A DNA stretch of 63,096 nt, counting the filler, from an uncultured bacterium (GTDB lineage: Bacteria; Hinthialibacterota; Hinthialibacteria; Hinthialibacterales; Hinthialibacteraceae): assembly GCA_964449065.1 (NCBI GenBank). It is 7 parts of 7 records of this genome, joined end to end, with 100 filler letters (N's around TTAATTAATTAA, not from the genome) between each part and the next. Parts side by side here need not be neighbours in the genome. Positions count along the whole stretch, not along the records: positions 36,272 to 45,180 come from CAYVAZ010000212.1; positions 45,281 to 54,163 come from CAYVAZ010000213.1; 5 more parts are not named here. One strand, written 5' to 3'. The notes beneath the pieces were generated by a model. The model had not been told where the DNA came from. It ran no database searches and saw only the letters and a program-made list of their open reading frames with translations. Below, one piece after another: positions 40,110-48,500 of this stretch. Position numbers and translations under genes: made by a program. Position 1 is the stretch's first letter. Every line of letters starts with the position of its first letter.

Positions 40110-41480
40110 ATGACATCACGCCGTGATTTTTTGAAAACCACTACAACGATTGCCAGCGCCGGCATGGCTTCGCAAGCCACTCAAGTTATCGCGCAAATTC
40201 CGGGAGAGCGCCCCACGCAGGATCAATCCGTTACGGTACTCAATCCCCGCAACCGTGTACCGCTGAGTTTTATCATTGATGATTCGTGCACATTGGTGAA
40301 TCTGGCTTATTTCGGCATCCCTCAATTTCATGAAACCTTTCCCGACCGCTACTTGCAGCCCTGGCGCGAGCTGCCTCGTGAGATCCCCGATTCCTTCGTA
40401 CGTAAATTTGCCGAGTGGTGCAACGATCACGGCGTGAAAGGCAAATACAGCGTGGTTCCCTATCCCGCCTGCACCGGCTGGGTGGACCGCTTTATCCCCG
40501 GCTGGTCCAAGCAGGAACTGAAAGACAGCCTCAAGCTGGTTCGCGAAGAACTGCCGCAGGATTGGGACTTTCATCCCGAAATGGTTTCGCATACCCGCGT
40601 GATCAACACCAAAACCGGCCGCCCTTATGAAGATCATTCAGAATATTATATGGAAAACTGGCGCTGGACGGACGGCAAATCCGCCGATCAATTGGCGGAT
40701 TACATCGCCTACGCGCTGCAAATTTTAAAGAACGTGGATATCCCCTGCGAAGGGGTGACTACCCCGGGAGGATTCGGCAACCGGGTCTTGCCGGAACTCG
40801 CCCAAGCTACTTTGCAGGCCTGCCGTTCGGTCTTTAATGCAGAGATTCCCCACTACTTCCGCCATCTGTATACCGATGACACCAGCGTGGTGCCGCGTGT
40901 GGAATATGCATCCGGCTTGAATAGCGATCATCCTGAATGTGTGGTGTCAATCATCGGCTGTACCGGCGATTGGTTTGGCGGGTGGGACGGCTTGGTCATC
41001 GGTTCGGTCGATAAATTCATTACCGAAGATTTGAGCGAAGGCCGCATGGTTGAGGTGATTAACAAAGGCGAGCCTGCCATCATGGTCTGCCACTGGCCGG
41101 GCATTTACTTCAACGGTCATGAGATAGGCTTTAACATCTTTAAAGAAGTCGTCAGCCGTCTGCACCAAAAATACAACCATCTCATCTGGATGAAAAACAG
41201 CGAAATCGCCCGTTACTGGGCCGCTAAAGAACTCACCACCATCAGCCGCAGCGGCAATAAAGTGAATTTAAATGCCCCCTTCGCTAGCCCCATCTTTACC
41301 CTGCAAATCAACGGGGCGAGCGGCAATGTGCCATCGGTTGTTCATAAAGGAAAGAAATCCCCGCTGAAAGAAGTGAACAACTATCTGCAGCTGCAAAGCG
41401 GCACTTGGACACGCGAAGGAGAGAATGTGCTGGTTTGTTTTGATCTGAAAAAAGGGGAAAGCGCCGTTCAACTTTCTTGA
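40110..41480 (+). CDS. Tat-exported protein, polysaccharide deacetylase-like fold
   Basis: SRRDFLK twin-arginine signal. IIDDS, HPEM.SH, GVTTPGGFG, CHWPG motifs. Confidence 0.75.
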   Translation: MTSRRDFLKTTTTIASAGMASQATQVIAQIPGERPTQDQSVTVLNPRNRVPLSFIIDDSCTLVNLAYFGIPQFHETFPDRYLQPWRELPREIPDSFVRKFAEWCNDHGVKGKYSVVPYPACTGWVDRFIPGWSKQELKDSLKLVREELPQDWDFHPEMVSHTRVINTKTGRPYEDHSEYYMENWRWTDGKSADQLADYIAYALQILKNVDIPCEGVTTPGGFGNRVLPELAQATLQACRSVFNAEIPHYFRHLYTDDTSVVPRVEYASGLNSDHPECVVSIIGCTGDWFGGWDGLVIGSVDKFITEDLSEGRMVEVINKGEPAIMVCHWPGIYFNGHEIGFNIFKEVVSRLHQKYNHLIWMKNSEIARYWAAKELTTISRSGNKVNLNAPFASPIFTLQINGASGNVPSVVHKGKKSPLKEVNNYLQLQSGTWTREGENVLVCFDLKKGESAVQLS

Positions 41481-41594
41481 GTGGAGTACAACAACTTTCT
41501 GAACTATAGTGAATGCCGGAAGTACGCTCAGGCGTAACCGTACTTCTGGCTCGGCAGGAGCCTCGCCCTCCTAAAGCGAACAGACTATTGGCAA

Positions 41595-41740
41595 CGGCAC
41601 TAAATATACCCGGATTTAATTCTCACAGTTTGGGAGGGAAACCAAAACGGTACAGCATTCATGTGAACGGACCTTGGTGTATTACATTTGAATGGATTGA
41701 TGGGGATGCTTGGCGTGTGGATTTAGAACAATATCATTAG
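41595..41740 (+). pseudogene. higB: 5'-truncated HigB (RelE-fold) toxin
   Basis: LNIPGFNSHSLGGKPKRYSIHVNGPWCITFEW.DGDA..VDLEQYH is the C-terminal half only. A REP (41541-41571) sits where the N-terminal half should be. Confidence 0.75.
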
Positions 41741-41747
41741 GTGATAT

Positions 41748-42074
41748 ATGAGTGAAGAAATTATCGTCAAAAAATGTCCAAACAGAAAACCGGTCCATCC
41801 CGGGGCAATTTTGAAAGATGATGTGCTTCCTGCATTGGGATTAAGTGTGAGTGAAGCTGCAAGGCAACTCCGTATATCCCGGCAATCCTTGCGGCGTATC
41901 CTGGCGGAAACGCATGGAATCACTCCACAGATTGCGCTTCGGTTGGGACGGTTCTGCGGCAATAGCCCCGGATTGTGGTTGCGGATGCAGCAAAACTATG
42001 ACTTATGGCACGCGGAACAAGACCTTCGCCAGGAGATCAAAGAAATACCGGTTCACAAAACGGTCAACATTTAA
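41748..42074 (+). CDS. higA: HigA family antitoxin
   Basis: PVHPGAILK, LSVSEAA..L.ISRQ, ITP..ALRLGR, LWLRMQQNYDLW. Confidence 0.92.
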   Translation: MSEEIIVKKCPNRKPVHPGAILKDDVLPALGLSVSEAARQLRISRQSLRRILAETHGITPQIALRLGRFCGNSPGLWLRMQQNYDLWHAEQDLRQEIKEIPVHKTVNI

Positions 42075-42301
42075 CTTCCCATATACCGCAACGCCATAGA
42101 TGCGAACGTCACCACAAAGAAAAATCCGCACATATCCGTAACCGTCGTTAACAGCGGAGAAGAAACCAAGGCCGGATCCAATTTGAGCGATTTTAATATG
42201 AGTGGAATGATCCCGCCCAAACATACAGCCACAACGGTGTTGGCCGCTAATAAACTCGCTAAAACAATCCCTAAAGACAATTCAAAACCAAATGCCGCTG
42301 C
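42042..42301. repeat. ~260-bp direct duplication of the higA/mgtE 3' junction (second copy 43513-43772); includes an mgtE 3' fragment
   Basis: Colinear match at offset 1471 with a long identical core. Confidence 0.92.
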
Positions 42302-42334
42302 GAGCTTTACTATCCAGTACAAACAAGAACTATC

Positions 42335-42373
42335 TTGACATACGTATAATTTACGCAGTATTATATACGTATA
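42335..42373 (+). promoter_or_regulatory. Sigma70 promoter with TACGTA operator palindromes for the TA operon
   Basis: TTGACA-18-TATTAT. ATACGTAT at 42340 and TATACGTATA at 42364. Confidence 0.7.
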
Positions 42374-42391
42374 GATTGGAGGGCAAGACCT

Positions 42392-42649
42392 ATGAACAAG
42401 AAACTGACGCTTCTTCTCGATGAAACGGTAATCGACCAAGCCAAAACCTATGCGGAAGACCACAAGAAAACGCTTTCGGGCATGGTCGAAAACTATTTTC
42501 GCTATATTACCTCACAAAACCGGCAAATCAGGGAAAAAACCGTCTCACCAGAGTTAGAAAATCTCGCTGGAATCATTACGATTCCAGAAACCCTTGACAT
42601 TAAAGAAGAATACCGGCAACACCGTGCAAAAAAGGCTTGTCATGACTAA
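42392..42649 (+). CDS. DUF6364 family (RHH) antitoxin
   Basis: KLTL.LDE.VI..AK.YA......LS.MVENYF. GGAGG RBS. Confidence 0.88.
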   Translation: MNKKLTLLLDETVIDQAKTYAEDHKKTLSGMVENYFRYITSQNRQIREKTVSPELENLAGIITIPETLDIKEEYRQHRAKKACHD

Positions 42650-43076
42650 GGTTTTTCTTGATTCTGATGTGATTATTGATTTTCTAGCAAAGCGCGCCCA
42701 CTATCCAGAAGCATTCGCTTTACTGGCGATTATTGAAGAAGGGAAAGTTATTGCCTACACATCACCCATAGTATTGGCAAATGTTGATTATATAACAGCC
42801 AAGTACTCCACCAAAGCGAAATCAAGAAAAGCCATAAGAATATTGAGGAAAAAGATATCGATCCTGCCTGTGAACGGGAACATTGTTGATAAGGCGTTGG
42901 AATCTGAATTCACTGATTTTGAAGATGCAATACAATACTATGCCGCAGAAAGTGAAGAAGTGGATTTTATCGTGACTCGAAATAAAAAAGACTACGCAAA
43001 AGGAAAACTGAAAGTCGTAACCGCACAGGAATTTCTAGAACTGTTTCAGGCCTCTGAAGAAAAAGAAGAGGTTTAA
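42642..43076 (+). CDS. PIN domain toxin (VapC-like)
   Basis: VFLDSDVIIDF, DFEDAIQY..A, IVTRNKKDY. Start overlaps the antitoxin end. Confidence 0.9.
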   Translation: MTKVFLDSDVIIDFLAKRAHYPEAFALLAIIEEGKVIAYTSPIVLANVDYITAKYSTKAKSRKAIRILRKKISILPVNGNIVDKALESEFTDFEDAIQYYAAESEEVDFIVTRNKKDYAKGKLKVVTAQEFLELFQASEEKEEV

Positions 43077-43342
43077 CAAGTGCTCCCGTCGTTCAAACCT
43101 AGAGCGTTTCAGAGTTGAATAGCTGGGTAGCACCGGCTTCCAGCCGGTACGTCAACCCATACAACTCAATGTAAATAAGCTCGAAAAAAGTTGTCCAAAC
43201 AATATTTTTTGGGAGGGCGAGGCTCCCGCCGAGCCGGAAGTACGCTTCATTCCAATCCGAACGCATTGTTGGCAACATCGCTTTACACAATGAAAAAACC
43301 CCAAATTGGTACCCTAACATAACCCAAGGCAACACACTGATA

Positions 43343-43490
43343 TACCAAGTTGCATTGAAAATGTTATTTATAAATTGTCTTACCATCGTAGGGGCAGCCC
43401 CCTGTGGCTGCCCTGCTGTGGGGTAACCACTGGGGGTTACCCCTACAAAATAAAAAGCGTCATAACTCACATTCTTTTTGCAATTTGGTA
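43343..43490. mobile_element. 148-bp MITE/REPIN-like element enclosing an inverted GTAG REP pair
   Basis: Ends TACCAAGTTGCA / TGCAATTTGGTA. Internal GTAGGGGCAGCC...ACCCCTAC (43388-43446). Confidence 0.7.
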
Positions 43491-43541
43491 TTAATAGTTG
43501 TGGGTAAACTTTGAAATACCGGTTCACATAAGCGTGAATAT

Positions 43542-44909
43542 TTAATTCCCCATATACCGCAACGCCATAGAAGCAAACGTCACCACAAAGAAAAATCCGC
43601 ACATATCCGTAACCGTCGTTAACAGCGGAGAAGAAACCAAGGCCGGATCCAATTTGAGCGATTTTAATATGAGTGGAATGATCCCGCCCAAACATACAGC
43701 CACAACGGTGTTGGCCGCTAATGAACTCGCCAAAACAATCCCTAAAGATAATTCAAAAGTAAAAATCGCTGCAACGGTTCCGACCAAAATCCCCAATACA
43801 ACTCCATTAATAATGCCAACCTGAAATTCTTTAAATAAGGTATAGAAAATTTCTTTGGGTTTCACCAATCCCTTATTCAATTCACGCATACTGACCGCTA
43901 CCGCTTGGTTGCCGGAACAACCGCTCATATCCGATATAACGGGCATAAACACGGCCAGGTAAATCCAATTTTCCAAGATTTCAGCATTCGCGGCCAACAC
44001 GCTAATCGCGATGAAGTTCAACACGATATTGATACTCAACCAGGACAGTCTCCGTCCGGCGCGTACCTTTACCGGCATGCTGCGGAACTCTTCCCCACCA
44101 ACGATACCGGCAAAGTGCAAAAACGATTTGCCTTCGCGTTTTTCCACAGCATTCTGAACCGATGACCGCCTGACCACTCCCACCAAGCAGTTGCGATTAT
44201 CCACCACCGGTACGCCCATAAAATAATAATCATCAAACAACTCAATCAACCGCTTTAAGGGGGTATCCACTTTCACGCTGATCGGGTTGGGGATCATCAA
44301 ATCGCTGATCAATTTATCTTTGGTGGAAAACACCAAATCCCGCAGGCGCAACACGCCCACCAACATATTGTAGCGGGTGACCACAAATACGTACTGCACA
44401 TCATAATCGGAATATTCATCCCCATGCCGCGTCAGGTTATACGTTACCTCCCCAACCGTTAAATGATCGGGAAAGGAAAGCACCTCCGTGTTCATCAGCC
44501 CGCCGGTGGAATCGGGGTTATACTGCATCAGCTTCCGCAGTTCTTTCGCTTCCGCTTTGGGCATCTGTTCCAGAATCGCTTCCGCGCCGACACTTTGCAG
44601 TTCATTCATTAAGTCGGCCCGGTCGTCGCTTTCCAATTCCTCTACGATGTGGGCTGCCTGTTCGGGGGATAAATCCAACAGCAATTCGGTGGCTTGAATG
44701 TCTCCGATATCCTCAATCAATGCAGCCGCGTCTTCAGGAGTGAGCAGTTGAAGCAAAGCGGTCCGATGCTCATGATTCAAATGCGAAACCGCCCACGCCG
44801 TATCGGAGGGAGATATGGATTCCAATAATTTACTGAGTTTCTCTCCTTCTTTCGAGTCAATCAATTCCACCAGTTGATCTAACAATTCTGGTTCATTTTG
44901 CTCTTCCAT
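43542..44909 (-). CDS. mgtE: Magnesium transporter MgtE
   Basis: MgtE N domain, GGLM, CBS pair, RRLSWL, MP.ISDM.G.SGNQ, DPAL.S.P.LTTVTD. Confidence 0.95.
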   Translation of the reverse strand: MEEQNEPELLDQLVELIDSKEGEKLSKLLESISPSDTAWAVSHLNHEHRTALLQLLTPEDAAALIEDIGDIQATELLLDLSPEQAAHIVEELESDDRADLMNELQSVGAEAILEQMPKAEAKELRKLMQYNPDSTGGLMNTEVLSFPDHLTVGEVTYNLTRHGDEYSDYDVQYVFVVTRYNMLVGVLRLRDLVFSTKDKLISDLMIPNPISVKVDTPLKRLIELFDDYYFMGVPVVDNRNCLVGVVRRSSVQNAVEKREGKSFLHFAGIVGGEEFRSMPVKVRAGRRLSWLSINIVLNFIAISVLAANAEILENWIYLAVFMPVISDMSGCSGNQAVAVSMRELNKGLVKPKEIFYTLFKEFQVGIINGVVLGILVGTVAAIFTFELSLGIVLASSLAANTVVAVCLGGIIPLILKSLKLDPALVSSPLLTTVTDMCGFFFVVTFASMALRYMGN

Positions 44910-44997
44910 AGATGTTTCCCTCCGGTCAATATCCGCCCCGATAGTCTAACAGCCGCGTTGGAAAGCTCAAATCGGAACAAAAACAGGCTATATTCTA

Positions 44998-45180
44998 ACT
45001 GATGTTACGCAATCCATGATTGGCGACTGCTTGAAAAATGGTTTTTGTTGTGAGCCAACTATTCTAAATCAAACGCAGTGTCTATCGTCTTCTCCCTTTG
45101 GGAGAAGATAAGAGATGAGGGCGAAGAGAGCGATTGCTCCCCATGACGCAGTCGCGTAATTAGAGGTTTATTCCTCCCGA
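44998..45180 (+). mobile_element. MITE-like element, left part (cut by contig end)
   Basis: ACTGATGTTACGCA start. 3' part overlaps in sequence with 54264-54357. Confidence 0.8.
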
Positions 45181-45296
45181 NNNNNNNNNNNNNNNNNNNN
45201 NNNNNNNNNNNNNNNNNNNNNNNNTTAATTAATTAANNNNNNNNNNNNNNNNNNNNNNNNNNNNNNNNNNNNNNNNNNNNAAGCGATCAGACCCGT

Positions 45297-45410
45297 ATAT
45301 TACGTCGGTTGCGTAATAAGCGTTGGCGCGATTCTGTAATCGGTAAATAACACTGCAGAACTTTCGGTAAATAAGAATACAGAGTTTTCGGTAACAATGG
45401 TACAGAGTTT
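45297..45410. repeat. Inverted 7-bp pair plus three 24-bp imperfect tandem repeats
   Basis: TATTACG-N7-CGTAATA. TCGGTAA..CAGA units start at 45340, 45364 and 45388. Confidence 0.65.
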
Positions 45411-45582
45411 TTTCACCTTTATATGGAAATTTAAAATCGCATCCGAGAGAAAAAGAAAATCTTTCTAATAAACTTAGTGATTACCAATTCAAAGGTAAAA
45501 TATACTCGTTTTTGCCAAGGGTATACATTATTAACATTATTTTCCTAACTTCACCTTTAGCTACCGATATTCAATCATATAA

Positions 45583-48500
45583 ATGCCTCAGATCGCTTTT
45601 CTTGATACGGAGGTCCATCCAAAGTCCAGGAAGATCATGGATGCCGGCGCTGCCAACGAGCAGGGTGGGGTGTTTCATTCTGCTTCTCTTGAAGAGCTGA
45701 TGAATTTTATCTCACCGGCTACTTATCTGTGCGGACATAATATCATCGACCATGATAAGAAACACATTGAAGCATGGCTGGGCGATGAGGCCTTAAAGAA
45801 ATTTAAATTTATCGATACTTTATACCTTTCGCCTCTTCTTTTCCCCGAACGACCTTATCACCGGCTGATAAAGGACGATAAACTAGACCCGGAAAATCTG
45901 AATAATCCCTATGTGGATGCAACCAAAGCCCGGGACCTGTTTTACGACGAGCTCACTTCGTTTAAAAGTATCGACCATCGGCTTCAGCAGATCTACCTCA
46001 AACTGCTGGACCATTCAGAGTATTTTCGGTCTTTTTTCGAATACTCGGACATCCATAAACGTGAAGGAAATGCAGAACAAGGAATCCGTGATCGTTTCCA
46101 AAACAGGTTCTGTTCCAACGCATCCCTATCCGATTGTATTCAAGAAGATCCCGTTGCCCTGGCATATGCGCTTGCTCTTATAAACTGCGACGACAGGCAT
46201 TCCATCACTCCGCCCTGGGTGCTTCACAGGTTTCCCAACGTGGAAAGGTACCTTTTCCGGCTCCGGTCTCAGCCTTGTCTTCCCGGTTGTGCCTATTGCA
46301 ATCAGGCTTTCGACGCCAGCTCCGGATTAAAGGAATTCTTCGGATTTCCTTCCTTTCGGGAGTTTGATGGTAAACCCCTACAAGAAATGGCAGTGAAGGC
46401 AGCCCTTCAGAATAAATCCATCCTGGCAATCTTTCCTACCGGTGGTGGTAAAAGCCTCACTTACCAGGTGCCTGCCCTGATGGCGGGGAAACACTCGCAT
46501 GCGCTTACCGTGATCATTTCGCCCCTTCAGTCACTGATGAAAGACCAGGTGGATAACCTGTTAAAAAAGGATATCACGGATGCCGTGACCATTAACGGAT
46601 TGCTGGACCCGGTAGAAAGGAGCAAGTCCGTAGAGAGCGTAAAAGAAGGATTGGCGAGTATATTGTACATCTCACCCGAATCTTTGCGATCAAAAATCAT
46701 AGAACGGCTTTTGCTTGACAGGAAAATCGCTCGATTCGTGATCGATGAAGCACACTGCTTCTCGGCATGGGGACAGGATTTCCGTGTAGACTATCTGTAT
46801 ATCGGGAAATTCCTGAAATCCCTTCAGGAAATGAAAAATCTTCAGGATCCGATTCCTGTTTCCTGTTTCACTGCAACGGCCAAACCCCAGGTTATTGAGG
46901 ATATCCAGGCGTATTTTAAGGATACTCTCCAGATAAACCTTGAACTCTTCCATTCGGCTTCCACCCGGAAGAACCTCCAGTACCAGGTTATCCACTGTGC
47001 AGATCCGAAAGAGAAATACTACCGGTTAAGAGATCTTATTCAGTCCAATCCCCGTCCGACCATAGTCTATGTCTCCCGTGTAAAGAGGACATCGGAAATT
47101 GCATCAAGACTAATTGAAGATGGATTCTCCGCATTGCCCTATCATGGAAAAATGGAACCCAAACAAAAAACAACCAATCAGAACTCCTTTATGTCGGGCG
47201 AAAATGACATCATCGTTGCCACTTCAGCCTTCGGAATGGGGGTGGATAAGGACAACGTGGGCATGGTGGTACATTATGATATCTCGGATTCGCTGGAAAA
47301 CTATGTGCAGGAAGCAGGAAGAGCCGGAAGGGATGAAAAGATAAGAGCCGATTGCTATGTTCTTTTCAACGAGGATGACCTGGGCAAGCACTTCATCCTG
47401 CTGAATCAGACTAAGATCAATATTCACGAAATTCAGGATATCTGGAAAGCTGTTAAAAAACTGTCCAGGATAAAGGACTCGTTCTCCAATTCAGCACTTG
47501 AAATTGCCCGGAAAGCCGGTTGGAACGAACAGGTGGAGCAACTGGAAACCCGGGTAACCACTGCTATTGCCGCACTGGAAGAAGCAGGATACCTAAGCCG
47601 CATTCATAACAGTCCGCGGATATTTGCCACCAGCATACTGGCGAAAAATGCGGATGAGGCCTTACAGAAAATTAATGCATCGACCAGGATGAACGAAAAG
47701 CAGAAGATTCAATCCACCCGGATCATTAAGATGCTTATTTCCTCAAGAAGCAGGAAGCGGGGAAGTGAAGAGGAGGCTGAATCAAGAACGGATTACATTT
47801 CTGATCTCCTGGGAATCAACCTTTTTGAGGTTCATCACGCCATCCAACTTCTAAGAGAAGAAGGACTGCTGGCGGATAACAGCGATCTCACCGTATCCTT
47901 CTCCCCCGGCACGACCCGATCAGGAACTGTCACCCTGCTGGAAGAATACGCCCTGCTTGAAAAGTTTATCTATGATACTTTGGAACAACAGGACCAGGTC
48001 GTTCATCTGAAGAAAATTAATGAAGAGGCGCTTTCGGCCGGAAAGGTTTCAGACACGAACCGGATCCGGACCGTTCTCAATTTCTGGGCAATAAAGAACT
48101 GGATAAGGAAAGAAAAGCGGGAGGGAAGCCAGGATCATTTCAGGATAAAATATGCCGGTGATAGAGAAGGGCTTTCAGACCGGATCACAGGAAGACATGA
48201 GCTTGCCTCTTTTATTATTCATTACCTATTCGAGAGGATGATCAAAGAAGGGGGTAATCAGGAAAAGGACAAACAAAGCTATGTTGAATTTTCCATTCAT
48301 GAAGTGAGTGAGGCCTTCCGTAAAAAGGAAAGCCTGTTCCGGAAGGAGGTGAGTATTTACGAGGTGGAAGAAGCGTTGTTCTACCTCACCCGCATTGAAG
48401 CGCTTAGCATTGAAGGTGGTTTCCTGGTGATCTACAATAAGTTGAATATCCATCGCAAGGAGAAGAATACCTATAAACAGTACAAGAAAGAGGATTATGA

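Noticed and set aside
42071..42463. 130-aa ORF with an MgtE C-terminus, and the twin ORFs at 42003 and 43099
   Set aside because: By-products of the 260-bp duplication. The N-terminal parts are antisense or non-coding sequence.
43071..43119. GTTTAAC...GTTGAAT after the PIN gene as an attC site
   Set aside because: Too short, and no convincing L-box pairing.
45340..45410. Three 24-bp repeats as a mini-CRISPR
   Set aside because: The units are contiguous with no spacers, and no cas genes are present.
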